Shown piece after piece: positions 62,765 through 64,000 of a DNA stretch of 64,000 nucleotides. The notes under the pieces are model-generated. The model saw only the letters and a list, made by a program, of their open reading frames with translations, ran no database searches and was not told the origin of the DNA. The first letter of the stretch is position 1, and every line of letters begins with the position of its first letter. The translations under genes and the position numbers were made by a program. The DNA comes from Bdellovibrionota bacterium (GTDB taxonomy: Bacteria > Bdellovibrionota_C > UBA2361 > JBGSMV01), in assembly GCA_044356455.1 (NCBI GenBank), contig JBIKWF010000005.1, positions 1,917 to 65,916 on the forward strand. Direction: 5' to 3'.

Positions 62765-64000
62765 ATGTGCTCGCATTTTTCTAAGATCGGCAAGTTAGTA
62801 ACCGAAAAGGGCGCTCCCTTGGCTCTTCGGGCCCTCATAGTTTTTCTTAGCCTCATTGCTTACCAATCCTCATGTTCAGTAGCCGAAGCGCAGAGCCCGG
62901 CATGCACCGATGACGCGCTTGCAGATTGGCAGGGAGAGCGCAGCGCAAAGAGCCTCGAACTTGATAACCTCTCCGTACGCCTAGGACTGAATAAGGTCGC
63001 TTGTGGGGCAAGAAAGGCTAATCTTAAGAAAAAGATCAAAAAACTAACAAAATTAACCAAGCAGCTTGAGAGTGAGTGCAAAGGGGCAGGTAAGCTGGAC
63101 TCCTGTTTGAAGGCGAAGGCAAAGTTGCTGGCTTTGAAAGCTGCGATAGAGAAAAAAGAGCGTGTTAAAGTTAGCTGCAGAAAGAGGCGTCGTGCCATTC
63201 GCAGAGAGATTTCAGGCAAGCAGGCAGCTCTTTCTGTCATTGATCAATTCATCGAGGGCTGTCAGCCGCTTCTTTCCCCCCCGCAGGCCACTCCCGACCC
63301 CACCCCCACTCCCGTAGTCCCTCTTCCCTCGCTGCCTGTTCCCCAGTGCGCCGATGGAATCGATAATGATGAAGACGGGCTTGTTGACGCAGCGCAGGAC
63401 CCAGGATGTGAAAATGCGGATGATGACAGTGAATCGAGTGAAGGGCTTCAACTGGCCGATCAGGTGACTCAGTGGGGCATCACCTTTGCGTTCGATAAGC
63501 CCTACCGGACCGGGCAATTTGTGAACGGGGACTATTGGGTTGCTCCTGACGCACCTGGAGGAACAGTTACGATTGTCCAGACGCTACCCCTATCAGCCAA
63601 TGGGCGACACGGTCTTGAGCTCAATCCGAGCCGAGAGCATGGTATTTGGCAGCCCTATGACTCGAGAGTCAATATGTATCAGGCGGCGCTTCTGCCCGTG
63701 CTTCCGCTTCAGGTGAAAGCTGGAGATGCAGTGTTAAAAGTGATCTCGGGCGAGGAGGCTTGCTCATACCCAGTAAATCTCCAGTGCCTCACCACGGCGG
63801 CTGTTCTTACTGTGCTTGACGAAGTTCCCGTGCAACGCGGTGCGACGTTCTTTCGCCCCCCCTATGTGAAGGGTGTGAAGAAGTTAGTCTCGGTTAACCA
63901 AATTGATTGGACCTTAATTCCGTTCTTCGAGGCGCCTCCCGGCGCAGGCTCTCCCAATATCGCTCAGTATGAAAACCAGTTGGAGAGAGTTCAAATCGAT
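62765..64000 (+). CDS. Partial CDS running off the right edge; secreted protein with a coiled-coil, a Pro/Thr linker and a CxDGxDNDxDGxxD motif
   Basis: It is not in the ORF track. By hand, the frame is open from ATG 62765 (alternative TTG 62819) to base 64000. It has a signal-like 'LALRALIVFLSLIAYQSSCSVAEA', a Lys-rich helix, 'TPDPTPTPVVPLPSLP' and 'CADGIDNDEDGLVDAAQDPGC'. Confidence 0.65.
   Translation, partial: MCSHFSKIGKLVTEKGAPLALRALIVFLSLIAYQSSCSVAEAQSPACTDDALADWQGERSAKSLELDNLSVRLGLNKVACGARKANLKKKIKKLTKLTKQLESECKGAGKLDSCLKAKAKLLALKAAIEKKERVKVSCRKRRRAIRREISGKQAALSVIDQFIEGCQPLLSPPQATPDPTPTPVVPLPSLPVPQCADGIDNDEDGLVDAAQDPGCENADDDSESSEGLQLADQVTQWGITFAFDKPYRTGQFVNGDYWVAPDAPGGTVTIVQTLPLSANGRHGLELNPSREHGIWQPYDSRVNMYQAALLPVLPLQVKAGDAVLKVISGEEACSYPVNLQCLTTAAVLTVLDEVPVQRGATFFRPPYVKGVKKLVSVNQIDWTLIPFFEAPPGAGSPNIAQYENQLERVQID

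Noticed and set aside
62860-63517. Minus-strand ORFs 62860..63240 and 63212..63517
   Set aside because: They overlap a longer plus-strand frame that is open to the window edge and has a signal peptide, a coiled coil and a recognisable Cys/Asp motif.

Overview
This looks like a chromosomal window from a diderm bacterium. The gene content resembles Bdellovibrionota/Myxococcota-type lineages, but the taxon cannot be determined from the sequence alone. I saw no rRNA, tRNA, CRISPR array, integrase, transposase or phage genes. All start codons and alignments were judged by eye.

Gene content in order:
- 1.6-13.2 kb: a Tad/Flp-type pilus cluster (cpaE/tadZ-like, flp, cpaB, cpaF, tadB, tadC, tadG-like, tadE-like) followed by its own response regulator and hybrid histidine kinase. 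No secretin or prepilin peptidase gene is present.
- 13.2-20.9 kb: an orphan nuoB, two lipoproteins, an alpha/beta-hydrolase lipoprotein, msrA and a small secreted protein.
- 21.2-24.0 kb: a Hanks kinase, an OmpR-type regulator and a sensor-less histidine kinase in one operon.
- 24-29 kb: an RNA m5U methyltransferase, a globin and membrane or orphan proteins.
- 29.0-37.3 kb: a conserved cluster of DUF1302, DUF1329, Ycf48-like propeller and RND exporter, plus an SDR and a hot-dog protein.
- 37.5-44.8 kb: an MBL hydrolase, an acidic orphan, flagellin copy 1, a SAM hydroxide adenosyltransferase (DUF62), tpx and a [2Fe-2S] ferredoxin-like protein.
- 47.3-50.3 kb: a metal ABC importer.
- 50.4-55.2 kb: an orphan LivJ-type binding protein, a repeat-bounded cassette with an ORF6N remnant, and an MFS transporter.
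- 55.9-64.0 kb: orphan genes, flagellin copy 2, an orphan fused double-T2SS-F membrane protein, and an edge-truncated secreted protein that is missing from the ORF track.

Most notable observations:
1. Two paralogous flagellins carry a complete seven-bladed FG-GAP/VCBS propeller in place of the variable middle region.
2. The second ABC-3 permease is fused to a DtxR-type repressor, as in chlamydial YtgC-R.
3. The 3' end of that fusion gene is duplicated in frame 2.6 kb away and brackets an islet, in an att-scar-like arrangement.
4. There are several unclassified families of structured repeats: a CTCTGTGG/CCACAGAG palindromic family, an 88-nt hairpin module with compensatory changes, 37-nt direct repeats bounding a 2-kb cassette, and a 33-nt-arm inverted repeat.
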